NCBI GenBank assembly: GCA_965216565.1
Contig: OZ244170.1
Coordinates: 1,376,001-1,440,000 of the forward strand
Length of the DNA: 64,000 nt
DNA from: Bythopirellula sp.
GTDB lineage: Bacteria > Planctomycetota > Planctomycetia > Pirellulales > Lacipirellulaceae
Direction of reading: 5' to 3'
This document shows, in pieces, positions 56,495 through 64,000 of this stretch. Both the position numbers and the translations under genes were made by a program. Below the pieces are notes generated by a model. The model was given only the letters and a program-made list of their open reading frames with translations, was not told the DNA's origin and made no database searches. Position 1 is the stretch's first letter, and each line of letters starts with the position of its first letter.

Positions 56495-56629
56495 GGCGTT
56501 CTTTCACTTCTTCAAGCTGAGCAGTTCATTCCGCAAATCGATTTTCTGGAGGCAATCGTCTCCAGGAATGTCCGGTTTGCGCGTAACACCGGTTCTGTGT
56601 TCGGTTTTTCTCAGCAGTGAAAGGATGTC
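56495..56629 (+). promoter_or_regulatory. Long nested stem-loop leader occluding the MTase SD
   Basis: GGCGTTCTTTCACT/AGTGAAAGGATGTC, GCTGAG/CTCAGC, CGCAAATCG/CGGTTTGCG, TTCTGGAG/CTCCAGGA. Confidence 0.6.
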
Positions 56630-56634
56630 GACCG

Positions 56635-57378
56635 ATGAACCCTCAAGTCATCCACGGCTCGTGTTATGAGGTTCTCCCCACTTTACCCCATGGCTGTGCG
56701 AAAGCTGTTTTTATCGACCCTCCGTATAATCTCGCATTTGACTATGGCAGCGGCAAGCAGGCCGATTCACTGCCTGAAAAGGAGTATCTCCGCTCTATGA
56801 AAGAACTTATTGTCCAATCGGTTCGCTGCTTGAACGATACGGGTAGCATCTGGGTGTTGTGTCCGGAACGTTGGGCCGATCCTTTCGGAATCATCCTCTC
56901 TGAATTACTTCCCAGACGGAATCGCATCATTTGGCGAGAGACTTTTGGGCAGTATCATGAGCATCGTTTTCCGAGTGGCCATCGGCATCTGTTCTGGCAT
57001 GTGAAAGACCCCAAGCGTTCGCTGTTTTACACCGATGAAATTCGAATTGCCTCGCAACGCATGCTCAGCGGTGACAAGCGGGCAGCTGGTCCCCGAGTCC
57101 CCGATGATGTTTGGGAGTTACCCCGGCTGGTTGGAAATGCCAACGAACGACTCGGAATCCATCCCTGCCAACTTCCGGAGGAGCTATTGCGAAGGATCGT
57201 GCTTTGCTCCACAGAAAAGAACGACTTAATCCTGGACCCAATGAGTGGGACAGGGACGACGGCTAGAGTCGCTCAAAAGGAAGGGCGCCGATACATCGCA
57301 ATCGAAGAGCAAGAGAGTTTTGTTTTGGCCATTCGAGAGCGGCTCTCTCGCCCCCATCAAACCAAGCTCTTTGGTTGA
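56635..57378 (+). CDS. Orphan beta-class N4/N6 DNA methyltransferase
   Basis: DPPY (motif IV) precedes HPCQLP and LDPMSGTGTT (motif I); no adjacent REase. Confidence 0.92.
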   Translation: MNPQVIHGSCYEVLPTLPHGCAKAVFIDPPYNLAFDYGSGKQADSLPEKEYLRSMKELIVQSVRCLNDTGSIWVLCPERWADPFGIILSELLPRRNRIIWRETFGQYHEHRFPSGHRHLFWHVKDPKRSLFYTDEIRIASQRMLSGDKRAAGPRVPDDVWELPRLVGNANERLGIHPCQLPEELLRRIVLCSTEKNDLILDPMSGTGTTARVAQKEGRRYIAIEEQESFVLAIRERLSRPHQTKLFG

Positions 57379-57407
57379 GTCAGGTTACCCACAGCTGGGA
57401 TAGGAAT

Positions 57408-57440
57408 GCCCGGCTGTACCTACGCGCGCCGGGCTTTTCT
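57408..57440 (+). terminator. Rho-independent terminator after the MTase
   Basis: GCCCGGC-loop-GCCGGGC-TTTTCT. Confidence 0.65.
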
Positions 57441-58267
57441 TCTCTCCTGAAGTCGCGTTGAATTGGGCATCATCCTGCAGGCAAGTGATTTTTGAAGAAG
57501 TTTTTCGCCACCAGAGTAGATTTCACCAGAACAGCAAATGGATAGTGGTTGTCATCAAAGCGAACTGCATACATCTGCTTGACCACCTCGCACGGGGTGG
57601 TGAAGGAGAGGTGCGAAACATTTTTCTGAGTGCAGGAGGGATGCGATCAGTACCACTGAGGTCGACTTCACAAGGCTTGTGTGAAAGATAAACGAGGTCC
57701 GTTCGACGACGTAATCAGATCAGGTAGTAGACTCAGGAAAGTCACGCCGACTCACTTTGATGTCACGTTTTGAGTATCTCTCGGATGTACGACGATTCCA
57801 CATGATGAGGGGATCGATGCGCGCAAAGCTCAGCTCACTTGGGTTTCGCCTCTCGACCTTTCGTCGAACCTCCAAAGAAATTGAGCTGCTGCTATTCCAA
57901 ATGTATCGCTGTAGGATTCGGGCTACAGAGCATTCGCAATCAACTCTACAGCAGACTGAGAAAGTTGGCCTAAGCTGAAATGGTGGAAGCTAAAAAGCAC
58001 GACTCACACCTTCGCAACTCTTAGAAGACTTATCGATGCGTTTCTCAGCCAGAGATATTAGCGGATTTGCGGCATTTCTAGCCTCAATATTGACAGGGTT
58101 TGCGACGATATCTTGATTCTGTCGCCCTAATTGGTGTGGACATTTGGCTTAATGCTGAGACAAGATAGTTGAAGCTATCTGCCACATACTTTCTGCCGCA
58201 AGACTCGACGGAACGAGGCGGTACGTCAGTGGTTTTTCTTCCCTGTAACTAAAGCCAGTGTTGATCT

Positions 58268-60028
58268 GTGACGCCATCTGAACAATTTCTTCGCGGATCA
58301 GTAGTACGCAGGTTTTTACTTGCTGAGTTTGTTGTCGGCACTCTTCTGCTGGGGTTAGTGCTGGCAATCTACCGACAGGACGTAGTCAATCAACGCGTTA
58401 TACTCTCTCAAGAAGCTGAGCATGTCTTGGACTTGCAACACGAGCTCCTCTTGTCAGAGCTGCGCGGCGTTCAATCAGATCTTCTCTATCTGGCAAATCA
58501 AGAGCTTTTGCAGCAGTTCTTGTCGGACCAAGGCTCAAAACGCCCAAACTTGGAGCAAGAGTACATCAATTTCGCGCAACGGCAGAATCTCTACGATCAA
58601 ATCCGGTTCCTTGATACTTCAGGCCAGGAACTCGTACGGATCAACTACGACTCAAGTGAAGCTGCGACAGTACCGCATGATGAACTCCAATCGAAGGAGT
58701 CTCGATACTACTTTCAGCAGTCGCTATCGCTAAAGAAGAACGAAATTTTCGTGTCTCCATTCGACTTGAACGTTGAGCATGGCGAAATCGAGCAACCGAT
58801 TCAGCCGGTCATACGATTCGTAACGCCAGTGTATGGAACAACAGGAACGAAGCAGGGGCTGTTGGTGCTTAACTATCTCGGCACTCCAATGCTCAAGAAA
58901 CTTCGTGAAGTAGCGTCGAGCTTCCGCGGAGAAACGATGCTCTTAAACCCCGCAGGACAGTATCTGCAGTCACCAGATCCGACACATGAATGGGGTTGGT
59001 TACTTGGGCATTCCTACAGCTTTCGCCAAGAGTTTTCGAAAGCTTGGCTCAATGGGAAGGACCATAGCTCGACACAAATTCGAGTCGAAGACGATTTATT
59101 CACATTTCGAATGCTCTCCCCAGGCATTCGCTTGGAGGACAGCTCACAAGTGTCAACCGTTAAGGGGAATGTTCAAGACCCAAGTGGGCTAGTGCTGGTC
59201 TCCCGTGTCTCATCTTCGATAGCCAACGCACACTCCAACGAGCTGCTTCATCGGCTAATTCTGATGCTTGCGGTCGTGATGGGGGTCATGTCGCTGTTGA
59301 CATATTATTGGGCTCATTCTGCAGAGATTCGGCATCACCACGAGAGTCTGATCGCCGAGTCTGAAGCTCGCCTTCGGCAGCTTTCGACATCCTTACTTGA
59401 GACCCAAGAAGCGGAACGACGTACGCTCTCTCGCACACTTCACGACGAGCTTGGTCAACTTGTCACTGCAATGCGACTGGACTTGGGTATGCTCAAGAGG
59501 AAACAGGTGAATTCAGAGTCTCGCGAGCTACTACAACGAATCATAGGCCAGGCGGATTCATTGCTTAGAAGTTTGCACGAAATCGCTTCAAACGCTCGCC
59601 CCAGTGTGCTTGATGACTTAGGCTTGCATGATGCTATTGAAAGCTTCATTTCCGAATACCAAGAGCGAAGGAGCGTTACAGTTAATTCGCAGCTCGTATT
59701 TAACCAAGACGAAATTCCGACTAAAATTGGAGAAAATGCCTATCGAATTGTTGTCGAGGCACTATCGAATGTGGCGAGACACGCCGAGGTGGATTCAGTT
59801 CAGCTAACGATTAAGCAACTTGGGAACGAGTTACGTGTTTCGGTACGAGACGGTGGAGTTGGGTTCGATGCGGAGAGTTTGGGAACGTCGACGAGACTTG
59901 GCATTTTGGGCATGAGGGAACGAGCAGAGTTGCTCAACGGCAGTTTTCGCCTGATCAGTAACCCAGGGCAGGGTGCTCACCTAGTAGTTGTTCTTCCTTT
60001 GGCCAGCGATGGCAAGGCAGAAATTTAA
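58268..60028 (+). CDS. Sensor histidine kinase (periplasmic Cache-like sensor, HisKA_3)
   Basis: Two TMs; YDQIRFLD..GQE.VR; LHDELGQ, EALSNVARHA, DGGVGF, LGILGMRER; start approximate. Confidence 0.92.
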   Translation: MTPSEQFLRGSVVRRFLLAEFVVGTLLLGLVLAIYRQDVVNQRVILSQEAEHVLDLQHELLLSELRGVQSDLLYLANQELLQQFLSDQGSKRPNLEQEYINFAQRQNLYDQIRFLDTSGQELVRINYDSSEAATVPHDELQSKESRYYFQQSLSLKKNEIFVSPFDLNVEHGEIEQPIQPVIRFVTPVYGTTGTKQGLLVLNYLGTPMLKKLREVASSFRGETMLLNPAGQYLQSPDPTHEWGWLLGHSYSFRQEFSKAWLNGKDHSSTQIRVEDDLFTFRMLSPGIRLEDSSQVSTVKGNVQDPSGLVLVSRVSSSIANAHSNELLHRLILMLAVVMGVMSLLTYYWAHSAEIRHHHESLIAESEARLRQLSTSLLETQEAERRTLSRTLHDELGQLVTAMRLDLGMLKRKQVNSESRELLQRIIGQADSLLRSLHEIASNARPSVLDDLGLHDAIESFISEYQERRSVTVNSQLVFNQDEIPTKIGENAYRIVVEALSNVARHAEVDSVQLTIKQLGNELRVSVRDGGVGFDAESLGTSTRLGILGMRERAELLNGSFRLISNPGQGAHLVVVLPLASDGKAEI

Positions 60029-60052
60029 TTGAGATATTACTAAGCTAATCGG

Positions 60053-60706
60053 ATGTCACATTTAGATTCACCACTGAACGTAGTCCTTGCTGATGACCAT
60101 GAGATGGTCCGAGAAGCGCTTGCGCGTGTCTTGGAAGCTAGTGGGCAGATCACCATTGTTGCCCAGGCCAGCACCGGTGAAGAAGCGCTTGATTTGGCTC
60201 GTTCAACTCAGCCAGATGTGATCGTTCTCGACTACACCATGCCGAAACACGATACGACGCAAGTGATCGAAGAGCTCTTGCGAGTGGTGCCACATATCAA
60301 GGTCCTAGTGCTGACCGTTCATGAGAACATTCATTATGCAGTACGCGTCTTAGAGTGTGGCGCACATGGCTACTTGATCAAATCGGCAGCTGTGGATGAA
60401 CTGTTGGAAGCAATTAGCTGTGTCCGTCAGGGTCGCATTTACTTATCGCAAAAGATCTCTGACGAAGTGCTGCAGCACTTGCGTCGCCCCAAGCGAGATC
60501 GAGTCGGGCTCGAAGCACTGTCACAGCGCGAGTTCGATTTTCTGCGCCTGCTAGGCTCGGGAGAGAGCCTTCAGGAATGTGCCAAGTTGATGGATGTCTC
60601 GACAAGCACAGCTTCCACCTACCGTAGTCGGATCATGGAAAAGCTCAATCTCACCAGCACAGCGAGCGTCATTCGCTTTGCCATCGAGCACGACCTGGTG
60701 AAATAG
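60053..60706 (+). CDS. NarL/LuxR-family response regulator
   Basis: LADDH, VLDYTMP, GYLIK, LSQRE...STASTYRSRIMEKL. Confidence 0.95.
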   Translation: MSHLDSPLNVVLADDHEMVREALARVLEASGQITIVAQASTGEEALDLARSTQPDVIVLDYTMPKHDTTQVIEELLRVVPHIKVLVLTVHENIHYAVRVLECGAHGYLIKSAAVDELLEAISCVRQGRIYLSQKISDEVLQHLRRPKRDRVGLEALSQREFDFLRLLGSGESLQECAKLMDVSTSTASTYRSRIMEKLNLTSTASVIRFAIEHDLVK

Positions 60707-60734
60707 CCGAAGGCCGCTGGGCTCACAAATAGCT

Positions 60735-60756
60735 TTTGTAGGAAATCAGCTACAAA
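60735..60756. promoter_or_regulatory. Inverted repeat, candidate response-regulator site
   Basis: TTTGTAG-N8-CTACAAA upstream of the doxX-cytochrome genes. Confidence 0.5.
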
Positions 60757-60870
60757 GATGCGGCAGTCTGGCTGACAGACAGGGGCTCTGCACAAAGTAT
60801 ATTGGATTTAAGGATCCTAATTCTTATCCGCGGATCCACTTGCTCTGCTTTTCACCCCGCGAGCCTCCCG

Positions 60871-61395
60871 ATGCCTATCCAATCGCGTCCCAACGGTCGT
60901 TCGCCATTGTTCCTAAGATTGGCCTTAGGTTATGTCTACCTCCATTTCGGTCTGCTGAAGTTCTTTCCTGATTTAAGCCCGGCCGAGTTGATTGCCACGC
61001 AAACGGTCATGGCGTTCTCGATGAATTTGCTCGACGCCACGACCGCCCAGTTCTACTTGGCCATTCTTGAGACCGTGATTGGTTTGGGGCTTGTGTTCAA
61101 CGTTTTCCCACGCTTCATTTTTGGGCTGTTCGCCTTCCATATGTTTGGGACGTTTCTCCCGGTGTTCTTGCTGCCTGAGTTTGCGTTCAAGATTGCCCCG
61201 TTTGCACCGAACCTGGAAGGCCAGTACATCTTCAAAAACGTTGTTTACGTTGCTGCCGGTTGGACTGTCTTGATGCCCGAAATATTCGCGCGTAAACCGA
61301 CAGACAATACGGCAAGTCAGCAGCCCACCAACAATTCCAATGTCAATGCTTCAACAACCCGTGATCGAGTGGCATATGAGCAAGTTCTTACCTAA
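60871..61395 (+). CDS. DoxX-family membrane protein
   Basis: LRLALG.VY..FG.LKF, E..IGLGL, HMFGTF.P, EGQYIFKN. Confidence 0.85.
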   Translation: MPIQSRPNGRSPLFLRLALGYVYLHFGLLKFFPDLSPAELIATQTVMAFSMNLLDATTAQFYLAILETVIGLGLVFNVFPRFIFGLFAFHMFGTFLPVFLLPEFAFKIAPFAPNLEGQYIFKNVVYVAAGWTVLMPEIFARKPTDNTASQQPTNNSNVNASTTRDRVAYEQVLT

Positions 61396-62968
61396 TACTA
61401 TTTTTACCGTTGCCGTATTGGCACTGCTCGCAGGAATTGTATGGACCTACGAGAAGTATCGAGGGACAGACCTCAGCAGGCTTCCGCAACAATCTACCCG
61501 TCTTACAAGAATCACTGAGCAAGAAGTCACTGGCTCCGGACATACAACACCGGTGGCGTTGGCATCCTCTAATGCAGCGTCGAGACCAATCAATCGCGAA
61601 GCCTATCGTAAGAATTCAATTGTCCCACCCTATGAGCAGGAAGGTTTGACACTCTACCCGACCATTGAAAAGGGAATGCGGACGCCTTTCGATTTATGGC
61701 GTTACTACGGACGAGGCGTAACGTCTTTTGGTTCACCGGTGTTACCAATGCGGTTTGACCAATGGTTAGATTTTCACCGGAAGCAGAAGCCAAAGCTAAT
61801 GGAGGATGTGCGCGAGTATATGGAGAGTCGCTTCGATTTCTCGGAAACGCCAATTGCCAATACGTTCATGTCTGGCGGCAAACCGATTATGAAAGGCCCG
61901 GTCGCACGACTCGAAGGAGGCGTAGAAACGTACGAGGAACTCGCAGCGATGTCGGTCGCTGAAATTCGACGACGGGATGTTTTTCCCTACAAACCGCTGG
62001 CGCACCCACTGCAATCGACCGCTCACATGGTGTTTCCTCGGGAATGGGTCAAAGTCCACCCTGAGCATGAGCGGATCGACGTCGATATGGACTTCCCAGA
62101 AGCCTATCTGCCTGAGTTCCCGCCGCCGCTGTTCTTAACTACTCACAAAGAGCTCGGCGATGTAACCAATGGCCGCGAGGTGACCATCGACAATTTTTTC
62201 GAAATCTTCGATGGTTTGCTGACACCGGAGCAGATGGAGGGCTTGAAAGAATTATTGCGTCCCACACCGACTACTTGGTTCAACCACACAACCCATCGAA
62301 TTACAGAACACCCGTCGAAGGGGGTTGCCTGCTTCGATTGCCACGTCAATGGTCATACCAATGGTGCATTCGAATTAGGCCCGGATGCACGTCCCAACAT
62401 GGCCAGGCTGCGCGTAGATACGCCCACAATGCGTGGCAACTACAACCTTATGCAGCTCTCCTCCAAGCGATCGATTAGAAGCATGGACCATTTCGCGGAG
62501 GTCGAAGAGTATTTTGATGGCGATCCGGGCATGCAACAATCTCTAGGTCCGCGTGCGGCAAAGCGTGAGGTGACCAATCGAATGGCCGACTTCAACGCAA
62601 TCATCGACTATCCACCCGCTCCGAAGTTGAATCCGTTGATGCGGCTCATTCCAGAACTGGCGACCGAACAGGAACTGAGAGGAGAAGAGCTGTTCCACGG
62701 TAAGGCGCAGTGTGCGAAGTGTCACTATGGTCCTGCCTTCGTCGATGACTACATGCACGATTTGAAGCTGGAGCGATTCTTTGTTTGCCGACCGGAAGGA
62801 CCCATCAAGACTTTCCCTCTACGTGGCATAAAAGATACACCACCTTACTTGCATGACGGCCGTTGCCCAACGCTTCACGACGTAGTGGAGTTCTTCAATC
62901 TGGTGCTTGAGTTACATCTAACGAAGCAAGAAAAAGAAGATCTTGTTGCATATATGCTCTGCCTTTAG
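61376..62968 (+). CDS. Di-heme cytochrome c (cytochrome c peroxidase/MauG-like fold), membrane-anchored
   Basis: CFDCH and CAKCH; DTPTMRG; PLRGIKDTPPYLHDG...L.DVV.FF. Confidence 0.88.
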   Translation: MSKFLPNTIFTVAVLALLAGIVWTYEKYRGTDLSRLPQQSTRLTRITEQEVTGSGHTTPVALASSNAASRPINREAYRKNSIVPPYEQEGLTLYPTIEKGMRTPFDLWRYYGRGVTSFGSPVLPMRFDQWLDFHRKQKPKLMEDVREYMESRFDFSETPIANTFMSGGKPIMKGPVARLEGGVETYEELAAMSVAEIRRRDVFPYKPLAHPLQSTAHMVFPREWVKVHPEHERIDVDMDFPEAYLPEFPPPLFLTTHKELGDVTNGREVTIDNFFEIFDGLLTPEQMEGLKELLRPTPTTWFNHTTHRITEHPSKGVACFDCHVNGHTNGAFELGPDARPNMARLRVDTPTMRGNYNLMQLSSKRSIRSMDHFAEVEEYFDGDPGMQQSLGPRAAKREVTNRMADFNAIIDYPPAPKLNPLMRLIPELATEQELRGEELFHGKAQCAKCHYGPAFVDDYMHDLKLERFFVCRPEGPIKTFPLRGIKDTPPYLHDGRCPTLHDVVEFFNLVLELHLTKQEKEDLVAYMLCL

Positions 62969-63159
62969 GCTCCTCAATTAGATCGCTGCGAACAGAGAAG
63001 CTTCCGGAGGTTTGTCTTCGCAAGCCGTGGCACTTGGCCAGTATCGCAATACTGCCATTCAAAAGAGTAGACAAAGAATCTAGCGTAGTGTATTTTCGCA
63101 ATCTGTCGAAAGGCGCGCGGATTTGAGGGCGAAGCAAGTTGATCTCACGTCGAGTAGTA

Positions 63160-64000
63160 CTATCTTTGCAGTTGTTCTTGACCACGCGACACGTCACGAA
63201 ACTGTTGGTGGCACGATTTGCAGTTGGCCCCGATACGAGCGAAGTGTCTTGAGAATGAGTCAGCTCGGTGAGGGGCTGTCCCAACGGATTCCCGCTCGTG
63301 GAGTTCTTTTTCGAGACGTTGGGCAGCTTGTGCCGATTCTTGCAAAAGTTGTTTGAATTCTTTGTTCCGTAGCCACTCAGAATCCAAACGTAACAGTTCG
63401 CTGAAGTGTTCTCTTAACAACAATGCCTCATGAACTGGGTCAAGGTCGGGGTGGTCCGTCGGCGCCTTCCACCTGGCAGCTTCGACAGCTTTCAATCGGT
63501 CGTGCGTCTGCTCAATTGCCACCATCGCTTCAGCCATCGGTGGAACATCAACAGTTTCGTGAAACTCAATAGAGAATTCTAGTAGTTCTGTTTCATCTAT
63601 TGGCTCGACGTGCCTGACCGCCTTGAACAAATCACGATACTCTGGGCTCGTACCCGCAAGTTCCAATACCTTCAAGCCGTCTGCTGGTGCCAACTCTCCA
63701 GCTGCAATGCAGGCAACTGCTGCCGCTGCGGGACTGCGATGTTTGCCGTGATGGCAATGAATATAGATAGAGCCATCCAAGCTTCTTGTCCCTTTGGCCA
63801 GTTCCTTCACTCGTAGCTGTGGAATGCCATCGTAGCCATGAGGCAGGTGTACGTAGCGGAGACCGTATTTTTTTGCTGATTCAACTTCTGGCTTCTTCCC
63901 ATCTACGCTAACGATGGTTCTAACACCCATAGAGTGAAGTTCTTTGAAACCTGCGTCTCCTTCTGGCGTACCCCCAGAAATTACCTTGCTGTGAACACGC
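63160..64000 (-). CDS. Fusion of Cys-phosphatase-like (CX5R) domain and C-terminal cytochrome c'-like CxxCH; 5' end outside window
   Basis: Frame open to window edge (VISGGTPEG...GVRTIVSVD); HCHHGKHRS; C-terminal ANCKSCHQQFR after a helical region. Confidence 0.85.
   Translation of the reverse strand, partial: RVHSKVISGGTPEGDAGFKELHSMGVRTIVSVDGKKPEVESAKKYGLRYVHLPHGYDGIPQLRVKELAKGTRSLDGSIYIHCHHGKHRSPAAAAVACIAAGELAPADGLKVLELAGTSPEYRDLFKAVRHVEPIDETELLEFSIEFHETVDVPPMAEAMVAIEQTHDRLKAVEAARWKAPTDHPDLDPVHEALLLREHFSELLRLDSEWLRNKEFKQLLQESAQAAQRLEKELHERESVGTAPHRADSFSRHFARIGANCKSCHQQFRDVSRGQEQLQR

Noticed and set aside
56663..56671. GTTATGAGG partial match to the 22-mer (also CGAGGTCGTC at 26467-26476)
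   Set aside because: 9-10-bp matches can arise by chance in 64 kb; no associated array
57458..58200. Short ORFs between the MTase and the kinase
   Set aside because: TTG starts, no SD and no recognisable motifs; left as intergenic

Overview
This is a 64-kb accessory mosaic with no housekeeping genes. The protein families suggest a planctomycete (Pirellulales-like) host; that assignment is inferred, not verified. From left to right: (1) 1-11.2 kb, a copper island with cusB'-cusA, a triple Cys-motif exported protein, csoR, a Csp3-type copper-storage protein, a Tat multicopper oxidase, TolC and an APC permease, plus three CsoR-type operators. (2) 11.27-12.6 kb, an rve/DDE integrase module. (3) 13.2-21.3 kb, a MacAB-TolC-type ABC exporter operon led by three Cys-rich/HMA exported proteins. 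(4) 21.7-29 kb, a plasmid-type backbone: type Ib parA plus partner, repA with a downstream iteron/DnaA-box origin, small putative ssDNA-binding proteins and ardC. (5) 29.5-50.5 kb, a defence island: hsdR, DUF4411 PIN, ImmA/IrrE, a TIR-like protein, truncated hsdS, a second integrase module, rloC, yhaN/yhaO and a DUF4011 helicase. (6) 51-57.4 kb, a WD40/PDZ protein, DUF932, a tyrosine recombinase and an orphan MTase. (7) 58.3-64 kb, a two-component system with DoxX and cytochrome c genes. The most unusual signal is that the two diverged integrase genes share the same upstream architecture. Each begins with an identical 22-bp end whose reverse complement looks like the anticodon-loop-to-T-stem part of tRNA-Met(CAU), followed by an IR-bracketed array with 10-bp period. 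One such end cuts exactly into hsdS; the other cuts in just downstream of a CsoR-controlled promoter. All calls come from reading the sequence by eye; no searches were run.
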